Assembly: GCA_964579265.1 (NCBI GenBank) | Contig: CAZOFO010000002.1 | Coordinates: forward strand, 1-64,000 | Direction: 5' to 3' | DNA from: Candidatus Micrarchaeota archaeon | Lineage (GTDB): Archaea; B1Sed10-29 | Length of the DNA stretch: 64,000 nt | Shown: positions 9,892 to 18,851 of the stretch, in pieces | Numbering within the stretch: position 1 is the first letter of the stretch | How the letters are laid out: the number at the start of each line of letters is the position of its first letter | Notes under the pieces: generated by a model | Told to the model about the DNA's origin: nothing | The model's database searches: none | What the model saw: the letters and a program-made list of their open reading frames with translations, nothing else | Program-made: the position numbers and the translations under genes

Positions 9892-10682
9892 GAAAAATCC
9901 ACAGAATTACCCTCATCCCAGAGATCCTTAAAATACATATAGAGAGTATCAGCTATAGACTCACTATTTATACGAATACCTTTTCTAGACTTAGCGGAAG
10001 GGTCTCTCTTAATAGTTAAACCACACCTACACCTATCAGAAATAACCAGACTATAAGAGATAGAACCAGGATCAACTAATTTTATAGAAACCCCCTTTGA
10101 ATAAAGATTCTGAATTTCTTTACACCCAGGATCAACAGAAGAAGGTAAAATCATCTTCATTTCAACCCCTTTTCCACCCATATCTTCTAAAGAACTTAAA
10201 AATTCTTCAGAAGAACCTATATTTTTCCAAGCAGTAAATATCACAGCTAAAAACTCTTCTTCAGTCTTAGAAGGAACTGAAATTAACTCAGCTGTAATAG
10301 CATCTCTAGAAGGTAGAAACCAAACTGGCATCTCTTCCAGATAGTCATCTCTTGAACCCATACTTTTAATCCTCTCCAGTTCAGAATCTAATTCTTCCTC
10401 TAAAGCATCTATCTCCTCCCTTTTATTCTCCAATATCTTAGATTTCAAATCCTCAGGATCCAAAACAGAATATTTTTTAGGTCTCTCTAAACTACTTCTT
10501 ATGTACCCTTTATTCTCCAGAGTTTTTAAAACAGAGTAAATCTTGGTATAAGGAACGCTTGACTCCTCTGAAATACCTTTAGCTGTCATATTAGAATTCT
10601 TTAATAATACAGAGATTATTTGAGACTGGTAATCAGTAAGACCAGCCTTTTCAAAAACTTTAGGTACTTCATTAACCTCCAT
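9888..10682 (-). CDS. TrmB-family regulator (HTH plus PLD-like C-terminal domain)
   Basis: GLTDYQS...VPYTKIYSVLKTLENKGYI...RPKKY. Confidence 0.9.
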   Translation of the reverse strand: MEVNEVPKVFEKAGLTDYQSQIISVLLKNSNMTAKGISEESSVPYTKIYSVLKTLENKGYIRSSLERPKKYSVLDPEDLKSKILENKREEIDALEEELDSELERIKSMGSRDDYLEEMPVWFLPSRDAITAELISVPSKTEEEFLAVIFTAWKNIGSSEEFLSSLEDMGGKGVEMKMILPSSVDPGCKEIQNLYSKGVSIKLVDPGSISYSLVISDRCRCGLTIKRDPSAKSRKGIRINSESIADTLYMYFKDLWDEGNSVDFS

Positions 10683-10714
10683 TCTTATCCCCCTGATAAA
10701 CTCCTATTATTCCT

Positions 10715-10740
10715 TTAACTCCTCAAAGTTAATAAATTTA
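10715..10740 (-). promoter_or_regulatory. TATA-adjacent inverted repeat TTAACT-N6-AGTTAA upstream of TrmB gene
   Basis: Same architecture upstream of the paralog at 15970-15995. Confidence 0.6.
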
Positions 10741-10776
10741 AGTACTAAAAACTATTTAATCTAAATAAAATAAAAA

Positions 10777-11103
10777 TCAATTAATCTTTGATCTAACTAT
10801 ATTCAAAGCTTTTTCTCCATTCTCTTTGATTTCCTTATATCTATCTTTTTCCTTACGGATTAAAAAACCAACGATATACTCTGGATCAGAGGCAACATAT
10901 CTTTTTGGTCGTCCTAACCCAGAATTAAGAAAATTCATTTCCTCCAGAGAATCAAGAACAGAATATACCTTAGTATAAGGTATACCTGTACTTTCAGATA
11001 TTTCTCTAGCAGTACAATCAGAGTTCTTCAAAACATACGCAAGAGCCTTGGACTTGTACTTAGTCAAACCAAGCTTTTGTAACTTAACCGCAATCTCATA
11101 CAT
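10777..11103 (-). CDS. Short TrmB-family HTH protein
   Basis: LGLTKYKS...IPYTKVYSVLDSLEEMNF...RPKRY. Confidence 0.88.
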   Translation of the reverse strand: MYEIAVKLQKLGLTKYKSKALAYVLKNSDCTAREISESTGIPYTKVYSVLDSLEEMNFLNSGLGRPKRYVASDPEYIVGFLIRKEKDRYKEIKENGEKALNIVRSKIN

Positions 11104-11333
11104 CTTAGAACCTCCTATATTAGAGCATTTATAAACTTTCTTACCAATACAAATTGTATCAAACGCTCTTTAAATGGATTTTGAAACAAAAATACGTTAA
11201 AACCAGAGTAAACGAAGTATTCTAAAACTCTTATAAACTAAAAAGACTCTTAAATCGACAATAGACGAACCAGAGATTTATAAATAAGGATGACTTCGAA
11301 AATAAAGGAAGAACAAATAAAAGGAGCTAAAAA

Positions 11334-12446
11334 ATGGATCAGAAAATAGAAGTAGATCAAGAAAGAATGGAGAAGTCATTGGGAAAATTAAAGAACTGGA
11401 GAGAAGAAATAAACAAAGCCCTGGAAAAAGACTTTAAAACCTATGGGAAAAGAGCCGGAGAAATACACGAAGAAGGAGAAAGGATGGTTCGATACCTCAG
11501 AAAATTCTCAATGAGAGGAGGAAAAAGAATAAGACCAGGATTAGTCATCGCAGGGTATAAAGCAGTGGGTGGAGAAGATCATGAAAGAATACTGGAAGCA
11601 GCTACTTCTATAGAAGCATTCCAAACCTATGTACTGATACATGACGATGTAGAGGACGAAGACGATGAAAGAAGAGGCGGTCCAACAATGCACAAGATGT
11701 ATGAAAAACTCTACGAAGAAAGAGAAATGATAGGAGGAAAAGAAAAATACGGAAGGAACCTAGCAATAACCGCAGGTTCACTAGCAGATTCATATTCAGT
11801 ATATACACTTGCAAAATCAGACTTCGATCCAGAAACAAAGATAGAAGCAATAAAAAAATTAGAACAGATACACCGATACACAGCAGTAGGCCAAACTCTG
11901 GATCACACAACAAACCACAAAGGACCAGAAGAAGTAAATGAATCAGATATTCTAAAAGTACATGAACTTAAGACAGCAAGGTACACAATGGCAGGACCTC
12001 TAGAACTAGGAGCAATACTAGGAAAAGGAAACGAAAAGCAAAAAGAAATTCTTAAGAAGTACGGGAGGAGAGCAGGAAGAGCATTCCAAACATACGATGA
12101 CATATTAGGATTATACGGAACAAAAGAAAAACTAGGCAAACCAGTAGACTCAGACCTAAAAGAAGGAAAGAAAACACTCCTTATGATAAAAGCATATGAA
12201 AACGGAGATGAAGAACAAAGAGAAAAAATAAAACAAGCACTAGGAAACAAAAACATAACCAAAAAACAAGTAGAAGAAGTAAGAAAAATAGTAAAAGAAA
12301 CAGGATCATACAAATACTCAAAAAGAAGAGTAAAAGAAATGATAGAGAAATCTAAGGACGTTTTAAAGAATTCAAACCACATAGATGAAGAAATGGAAGA
12401 CTTCTTAATCGGTATAGCCGATTACATAGTAACAAGAGAATTTTAA
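11334..12446 (+). CDS. trans-Polyprenyl diphosphate synthase (IdsA/GGPPS-like), copy 1
   Basis: GGKRIRP, HDDVEDEDDERRG (FARM), KTARY, FQTYDD, SDLKEGKKT. Confidence 0.93.
   Translation: MDQKIEVDQERMEKSLGKLKNWREEINKALEKDFKTYGKRAGEIHEEGERMVRYLRKFSMRGGKRIRPGLVIAGYKAVGGEDHERILEAATSIEAFQTYVLIHDDVEDEDDERRGGPTMHKMYEKLYEEREMIGGKEKYGRNLAITAGSLADSYSVYTLAKSDFDPETKIEAIKKLEQIHRYTAVGQTLDHTTNHKGPEEVNESDILKVHELKTARYTMAGPLELGAILGKGNEKQKEILKKYGRRAGRAFQTYDDILGLYGTKEKLGKPVDSDLKEGKKTLLMIKAYENGDEEQREKIKQALGNKNITKKQVEEVRKIVKETGSYKYSKRRVKEMIEKSKDVLKNSNHIDEEMEDFLIGIADYIVTREF
12105..12319 (+). repeat. 215-bp block identical to 13239-13453
   Basis: Read base by base; offset 1134 bp. Confidence 0.9.
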
Positions 12447-12467
12447 TTAGAATAGGAGGCGGGAAAA

Positions 12468-13580
12468 ATGGAGACAAGAATAGATATTAATGAAGAAAGA
12501 AAGGAAAAAGCTTATGAGAAACTTAAAAAATGGAGAAATGAGATAGATGAAGAATTAGAAAAAGATCTAGAAAGAGCAAAAAAAGAAGCAAAGAATATTG
12601 ATCGAGAAGGAGAAAGAGTAATAGAATACCTAGAAGATTATACTTTAAGAGGAGGAAAAAGAATAAGACCAGGATTAATAGTCGCAGGATGCAAAGCAGT
12701 ATCAGATAAAAACCATGAAGATATAATAAAAGCCTCAATAGCAGCAGAGCATTTACAATCATACCTTATAATACAAGACGACATATACGATGAAGACGAC
12801 CTACGAAGAGGGAAAGCCACAGTACACAAAATGTATGAAAAACACCATGAAAAAGAATTAGGAGAAGGAAATAAACAAAAATTTGGAAGAGACCTAGCTA
12901 CAATAACTGGAGATGTAGCAGCATCCCTAGCGACTCACAAATTAATAAAAAGCAATTTCGATAAGGAAACAAGACTAAGAGCAATAGAGAAATTAGAAAA
13001 GAGTAATAGAGAAACTAATTACGGACAAGCTTTAGATATTAAAACAAACAATACAAAACTAGAAAATGTTGAAGAAGAAGACATAATAACAGTACACAAA
13101 ACCAAGACAGCTAGATACACCATAGCATACCCTCTAGACTTAGGATGGATACTAGGAAACGGAGATAAAGAGCAAAGAGAACTATTAAAAAATTACGGTA
13201 TGAAGATAGGGGTAGCATTCCAACTATACGACGATATGTTAGGATTATACGGAACAAAAGAAAAACTAGGCAAACCAGTAGACTCAGACCTAAAAGAAGG
13301 AAAGAAAACACTCCTTATGATAAAAGCATATGAAAACGGAGATGAAGAACAAAGAGAAAAAATAAAACAAGCACTAGGAAACAAAAACATAACCAAAAAA
13401 CAAGTAGAAGAAGTAAGAAAAATAGTAAAAGAAACAGGATCATACAAATACTCCAGAGAAAAATGCGAAGAACTGATAAAAGAAGGTAAATCAGTAATAG
13501 AAGATACTGAAAAAATAGACAAAGAAATAAAAAACTTCCTACTCGGAATAGCCGACTACATAATAACAAGAGAAGTATAA
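12468..13580 (+). CDS. trans-Polyprenyl diphosphate synthase, copy 2
   Basis: GGKRIRP, QDDIYDEDDLRRG, KTARY, FQLYDD. Confidence 0.93.
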   Translation: METRIDINEERKEKAYEKLKKWRNEIDEELEKDLERAKKEAKNIDREGERVIEYLEDYTLRGGKRIRPGLIVAGCKAVSDKNHEDIIKASIAAEHLQSYLIIQDDIYDEDDLRRGKATVHKMYEKHHEKELGEGNKQKFGRDLATITGDVAASLATHKLIKSNFDKETRLRAIEKLEKSNRETNYGQALDIKTNNTKLENVEEEDIITVHKTKTARYTIAYPLDLGWILGNGDKEQRELLKNYGMKIGVAFQLYDDMLGLYGTKEKLGKPVDSDLKEGKKTLLMIKAYENGDEEQREKIKQALGNKNITKKQVEEVRKIVKETGSYKYSREKCEELIKEGKSVIEDTEKIDKEIKNFLLGIADYIITREV

Positions 13581-13718
13581 AACAGAACTAAAAACCTTCA
13601 CTCCTCCAAGGGCAGATAAAGACTCTTAGAAAAAATACAAGTGATTCTTGAAACTTTCTAAGAGAAGTTTCTAAATAAAGTTTTAAACTTAGAAAGAACT
13701 ATAAACATATAGAGTAAA

Positions 13719-14588
13719 ATGAAGATAATAAATTTCTTCAAACTCCTAAGACCAAAATTCCAAATTCCTTCCATATCATCCTTCATAGTAGGAATAACAC
13801 TAGCACTAATCCTGATACAACCAGTAGAAATAAACTACTGGAAAATTATAGTTGGTCTGCTAATAGTAGGACCATTAACCTGCGGAGGATCACTCTCAAT
13901 AAACCAATACTTTGATTATGAACTTGACAAATCAGCAGGTAAAGAAACTCCTCTTCTAAAATATAATATACCGAAAAATAGATCACTGGAAACCGGGCTC
14001 ATACTCCTTTCCCTAGGTGTTATCCTATCAATCACCATAAATATCTACGCGTTCTTAGCAACTTTAATAGCTACTGTTCTATCTTTAATGTATCATATCC
14101 CTCCAATAAGACTCAAAGAAACTACATATATAGATAGCATTTCAAACGGAGTAGTATACAGCTTCCCCCCTGTTTTAGTAGGTTGGAGCATTATATCTCC
14201 AGTAAAATGGGATGCAATCATTATATCAATACCTTTATTACTGTTATTCACAGCAGGACACATGCTATTAGCTATCCCAGATATCGAAGAAGATAAAAAA
14301 TTTGGAATAAACTCAACAACAAGCGCCTTAGGAATAAAAAAAACTATAAAAATTTCTTTAATACTGTTCACAGCAGCATATGCTCTTATCCCTATCAAGA
14401 TATACCTAGGACTCTACCCCATACTGACAATCTCAACCTTAATACCAGCATCTTACACAATTAAAAGACTATTCGAACTTCACAGAAACCCTGAACTACC
14501 TTTCAAAAAACTTAAAAAAGGAATTTTAGCCGTAGGAATATTCTTTATAATCTCTCTAATTATTCCTCTACTTCAGACTTCTCTCTAG
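13719..14588 (+). CDS. UbiA-family membrane prenyltransferase (LyeJ/CrtEb-like motifs)
   Basis: LLRP, NQYFDYELD, YHIPPIRLKETTYIDSISNG, AIPDIEEDKKFG. Confidence 0.85.
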   Translation: MKIINFFKLLRPKFQIPSISSFIVGITLALILIQPVEINYWKIIVGLLIVGPLTCGGSLSINQYFDYELDKSAGKETPLLKYNIPKNRSLETGLILLSLGVILSITINIYAFLATLIATVLSLMYHIPPIRLKETTYIDSISNGVVYSFPPVLVGWSIISPVKWDAIIISIPLLLLFTAGHMLLAIPDIEEDKKFGINSTTSALGIKKTIKISLILFTAAYALIPIKIYLGLYPILTISTLIPASYTIKRLFELHRNPELPFKKLKKGILAVGIFFIISLIIPLLQTSL

Positions 14589-15120
14589 AACCTAAAAAAT
14601 TAATTATCTCTTCTTCAAAATCTTCAGCGGATTCACAATACAGAATTTCAGCTTCCTTAAGATGTTCTATTCCTCCTACTTTATCCTTAACTTCTTTATT
14701 ATGAGTCAATATAGCATCTACTTCTAAAGAAACCATCCACATCTTAGCCCAAAAATCTAGAACCTCCAAATCATCAATTAAAACTATTATAGATTTTCCT
14801 TCCGCAGCAGCATAACCTAATTCCCATGAACTATCAGCTCCAGGGATATCTCCTGCCTTATCAGAAGGACTATAAGGAGATATATATGCTAAGATAGCAT
14901 CAGAACAATCTATAGCTTCTCTACATTTTTCCGCTATTTCAATAGGGATTAAATCGTGAGAAAGTTCAGGAGTAATTCTTCCAGGTTCGAATAAATCGAT
15001 TTCATTATTCAAAATTTCAGAATAATCATCCTTAAATTTTTCTTTCCAAACTTCTATAGGGCCTGCTAAATATAATTTAATGCTCATAAGATCTTTTAAC
15101 CTCCTTACAAAATAAATCAA
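14560..15120 (-). CDS. Nucleoside 2-deoxyribosyltransferase/NMP N-glycosidase family protein
   Basis: KLYLAGP, AIDCSDAILA, DSSWELGYAAAEGKSI; true start possibly 15087. Confidence 0.8.
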   Translation of the reverse strand: MIYFVRRLKDLMSIKLYLAGPIEVWKEKFKDDYSEILNNEIDLFEPGRITPELSHDLIPIEIAEKCREAIDCSDAILAYISPYSPSDKAGDIPGADSSWELGYAAAEGKSIIVLIDDLEVLDFWAKMWMVSLEVDAILTHNKEVKDKVGGIEHLKEAEILYCESAEDFEEEIINFLGSREKSEVEE

Positions 15121-15164
15121 ATAAATTTTTGTTCTCTAACTTTTTAAAATGACCTGTTAAAACT

Positions 15165-15962
15165 CTAATCAATCCTATCACCTTTTTTCCAAAGATTTTT
15201 GAAATATATATAGAGAGCATTAGCCAACAATTCATTATTAACTCTAAGTGCTCTATTAGCTTTGGTCTGAATTTCCTCCTTAGCAGGTAACCCACATTTC
15301 TCCTTATCAGTTACTACTAAACTGTAAAATATTTCATCTTCATCGACCCCTCTTATATCAACCCCTGATTCCCTTAATCTACTTAATTCCTCTTCACCTT
15401 CAGAAGCCTTTTGCCGAGGAAGAACTATCCTTACTCGAGTACCATTATTTTTTAACTCTTCAAAAGCATTTAAAAAGTCTTCTGAATTAGCCAGATCTTT
15501 CCAAAGAGTGTAACAAACAATTGAAACTTCATCTTCAGCCTTTAAAACAAGTGAAGAAAGCATTTCATCCCAAAGGGAATCTCTAGAAGAACAAAGCCAA
15601 ATAGGGACATCTTCAAATTCATCATCTGAAAACTCTCTTTTCAAACGATCCATAGAAGAATCCAGATATTCTTCCAAACTTTTCAACTCCTTTTTCTTGT
15701 TCTCTTTTATCTTTTTACAAAGTATTTCAGGAGGGAAGGTAGAGTACTTTTTAGGTCTCTCCAAATTACTTTTTATATAATCCCTATTTTCTAAAGATCC
15801 AAGCACAGAGTATATCTTAGTATAAGGAACACCTGATTCTCTAGATATCTCCTGAGCAGTCATCTCATTATTTTTAATCAAAGCAGACATTATCCGAGAT
15901 TGGTACTCCGTAAACTCCAAATTTTCAAAAATTTCCCGAATTTTTTCAGACATCTCAATCAT
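15165..15962 (-). CDS. TrmB-family regulator (paralog of 9888-10682)
   Basis: FTEYQS...GVPYTKIYSVLGSLENRDYI...ERPKKY. Confidence 0.9.
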   Translation of the reverse strand: MIEMSEKIREIFENLEFTEYQSRIMSALIKNNEMTAQEISRESGVPYTKIYSVLGSLENRDYIKSNLERPKKYSTFPPEILCKKIKENKKKELKSLEEYLDSSMDRLKREFSDDEFEDVPIWLCSSRDSLWDEMLSSLVLKAEDEVSIVCYTLWKDLANSEDFLNAFEELKNNGTRVRIVLPRQKASEGEEELSRLRESGVDIRGVDEDEIFYSLVVTDKEKCGLPAKEEIQTKANRALRVNNELLANALYIYFKNLWKKGDRID

Positions 15963-15969
15963 TATTCTT

Positions 15970-15995
15970 TTAACTTACCATAGTTAATAAATTTA
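15970..15995 (-). promoter_or_regulatory. TATA-adjacent inverted repeat TTAACT-N6-AGTTAA
   Basis: Duplicate of 10715-10740 with a different spacer. Confidence 0.6.
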
Positions 15996-16318
15996 TCCTC
16001 CTCTACCCCACTATAAATTAAGTAAACCTCTTCAAGATTCGACGCGTGACGAGAGAAGAGAATAAAAAGAAAAAACTCCAAAAGGATAGTAATTCAAAAT
16101 CTTATCCAAGGAAAGGAGAATTTGCCTCCCCCGTATTTCAGGGGGAGGAAGGCTCACCCAAAGGACAGAATTCGCGTATATGAATAGGGAACATTAATAC
16201 TTAAATAGTTTTTGCGAAGTTATTTAGTTTAATCGCGTTTAATTCAATGGGACGGATGGTAAAAAATAAAAATAGAAAAAACGTAAAGCAAAAAAGAGAA
16301 GAAAACCAGGAGAAAAAG

Positions 16319-17353
16319 ATGGCCAAAAATAAAAAAACACAGAAAAGAAAAATAGACCACATAGAACTATGCAAAGAAGAAGAAGTAGAATTCAATAATA
16401 AAACAACTCTTCTAGAAAAAATAAAACTTCCAAAAACTATCCCAAATATAAATCTAGAAGACATAAATACAAAAACATCGTTTTTAGGGAAGGAAACTTC
16501 AGCGCCTATTTTTATAACTGCATTAACAGGAGGAGAAGAAAGAAGTGAAAAGATAAATAAAGACATAGCGCAAGCAGCAGGAGAACTAAGGCTAGGAATG
16601 CAACTAGGAAGCCAAAGATCAATGCTGGAAAACGAATCGTTAACATACACCTACAATGTAAAAAGAAAAGTTGAAGAAGAACCATCATTTCTAATAGGAA
16701 ACATAGGGATAGTTCAATTAAAAGAATACTCGATCAAAGAACTGAATAAAATGATAGAATCAATAGAAGGCGACGGATTAGCAGTACATGTAAATCCAGC
16801 ACAGGAAGCAGCACAACCAGAAGGAGACACGAACTTCAAAGGAGTAATGCCAAGACTAAAAGAAGTATCAAGAAAATTAGAACACCCTGTAATAGTAAAG
16901 CAAGTAGGAGAAGGGATATCAAGACGAACAGCAAAGAAACTAGAAAAAATGAACCTATACGGAATAGATATCGGAGGATCAGGCGGATCAAACTGGACAA
17001 AGATAGAAAACCTGCGCTCAAATGAAAAAGACAAAGAAACATTCTTAAACTGGGGTATACCAACCGCAAAATCACTAATACAGACAAAAGAAGAATATAA
17101 AAGCGGTAAGATAACTGCTACCGGAGGAATAAGGAACGGTCTAGATGTAGCTAAATCCATAGCATTAGGAGCAGAAGCTTGTGGAGTAGGTTTACCTATC
17201 CTAAGAGCTCAACAGAAAGAAGGAAAAAAAGGAGTAAAAGAAACTCTAGAAAAAATGATAAAGGAACTGAAAATAGCAATGTTCCTAACCAATTGTAAAA
17301 CAATAGAAGAATTGAAATCCTTGGAACCAGAAATAACTGAAGAGCTTAATTAA
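16319..17353 (+). CDS. fni: Type 2 isopentenyl-diphosphate isomerase (FMN)
   Basis: RKIDHI, ALTGG, LGSQR, HVNPAQE, QPEGD, VIVKQVGEG, TGGIRNG; start after AGGAG SD (track start 16247). Confidence 0.95.
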   Translation: MAKNKKTQKRKIDHIELCKEEEVEFNNKTTLLEKIKLPKTIPNINLEDINTKTSFLGKETSAPIFITALTGGEERSEKINKDIAQAAGELRLGMQLGSQRSMLENESLTYTYNVKRKVEEEPSFLIGNIGIVQLKEYSIKELNKMIESIEGDGLAVHVNPAQEAAQPEGDTNFKGVMPRLKEVSRKLEHPVIVKQVGEGISRRTAKKLEKMNLYGIDIGGSGGSNWTKIENLRSNEKDKETFLNWGIPTAKSLIQTKEEYKSGKITATGGIRNGLDVAKSIALGAEACGVGLPILRAQQKEGKKGVKETLEKMIKELKIAMFLTNCKTIEELKSLEPEITEELN

Positions 17354-17377
17354 TAATTAAAAATCAAAGAGAATCAT

Positions 17378-18163
17378 ATGAATAGCTTAGATAAAAAAAG
17401 AATTGAAAAAATCTGCAAGCCATATTATGAAGACGCAGAAAGTGTGATCCATAGATGGGGTCATGTAGAAAGAGTAGCGAAATCAGCTCCTTTTTTTGTA
17501 GAATTTCTAGGAGGAAATAAAAAAGAAAAGGAATTAAGTTACATCGCAGGTATCCTACACGATATAGTTAGACCTAGAACCGAGGAAATATGTCATGCAA
17601 AAGCAAGTTCCAATAAAGCAAGAGAAATACTAGAAGAATCAATCGAAATAGATGAAAGAGAAATAGAAAAAATCTCAAAAGCAATTAAGGATCATAGAGA
17701 ACCGGCAAAATGGGAAAGCCCACTTCACCAGAGCGTATACCTAGCAGATAAAGTTTTTGAACATATGGGAGCATATTTAGATTTCAGAGCAAGCGTATGG
17801 GCTGGCGAACTATCACATACAGACTACAAGAACAAGGAACCAATAGAAGCTATACTAGATTACTATGAAAAAGCTTCAAACAAATTTCTAGAATTAAAAT
17901 TCCCAGAATCTTTGGAAGAATTGATTAACTACCAAAAAAGCTGGAATGAAGAATATAAAGAAGCACTTGAAAATAATGAAAAATGGGTTTTGGACATGGG
18001 TAGAAGACTTTTCAAATCAGGCAGACAAGGTAAAGATTTCGATAAAACACTAAAAAAATTTAATACAAAAAATAAGAAACAAGAAAGATGGAAAAAAGAA
18101 ATGAAGAAATACATAAGATTTGAAACAAATAAAAAACCTTTATCAATAATAAAAAGACGATAA
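17378..18163 (+). CDS. HD-domain phosphohydrolase
   Basis: HRWGHVERV, GILHDI, YLADK. Confidence 0.8.
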   Translation: MNSLDKKRIEKICKPYYEDAESVIHRWGHVERVAKSAPFFVEFLGGNKKEKELSYIAGILHDIVRPRTEEICHAKASSNKAREILEESIEIDEREIEKISKAIKDHREPAKWESPLHQSVYLADKVFEHMGAYLDFRASVWAGELSHTDYKNKEPIEAILDYYEKASNKFLELKFPESLEELINYQKSWNEEYKEALENNEKWVLDMGRRLFKSGRQGKDFDKTLKKFNTKNKKQERWKKEMKKYIRFETNKKPLSIIKRR

Positions 18164-18166
18164 AAT

Positions 18167-18760
18167 TCATTTAAAATTCTCTAAAGCCTTTTCAACGGAC
18201 TTCATATCTCCTATATCCCTATGACCAGGTAATAAATATTTAAAATCAAGTTTATTTACCTTCTCCAAACTTCTTTTCAAATCTTCTTTTGAACCACCAT
18301 CTAGATCAGTTCTCCCAAAAGAACCATTAGCAAAAACCAAATCACCTGAAACAAGAATCTTACCCTCCAAGTAAAGGCTACAAGAACCTTCAGAATGACC
18401 AGGAGTATGAATAACTTTGAAAACACTCCCACCAATCTCTAAATCTCTCTCTTCATTTAATCCTAAGACTTCAAAACCCGTCTTATTCTCTATCCTCTCA
18501 CTGTCCGGATGAAAAGCAATTTTTTTAGCCTCTGGAAAAAAAGAAACTCCTTCAAAATGATCGTAATGTCCGTGTGTGAAAAAAACCATCTCAATATCCT
18601 CAAAAGAATTTCCAGTAGCTTCCAAAATATCTTGAAAATATCTTCGGCTCTCAGTACCAGGATCAACTATAACAGGATCCTTCCCGTCTATCAAAACTGT
18701 ATTAGAATCAAATACAGGTTCTTTAGGCTGGAAAAAATAAATATTCTCCTCACGCCACAT
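18167..18760 (-). CDS. Metallo-beta-lactamase-fold hydrolase
   Basis: THGHYDH, HTPGHS, SGDLVF, PGH. Confidence 0.9.
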   Translation of the reverse strand: MWREENIYFFQPKEPVFDSNTVLIDGKDPVIVDPGTESRRYFQDILEATGNSFEDIEMVFFTHGHYDHFEGVSFFPEAKKIAFHPDSERIENKTGFEVLGLNEERDLEIGGSVFKVIHTPGHSEGSCSLYLEGKILVSGDLVFANGSFGRTDLDGGSKEDLKRSLEKVNKLDFKYLLPGHRDIGDMKSVEKALENFK

Positions 18761-18851
18761 GAAGAATTATTAATTCAGTTTTCACTTAAACCAGTTAGGG
18801 AAGAATTTTATACACAGGCACACAAATATTAATCAGAAGTAATTAAAAAAG

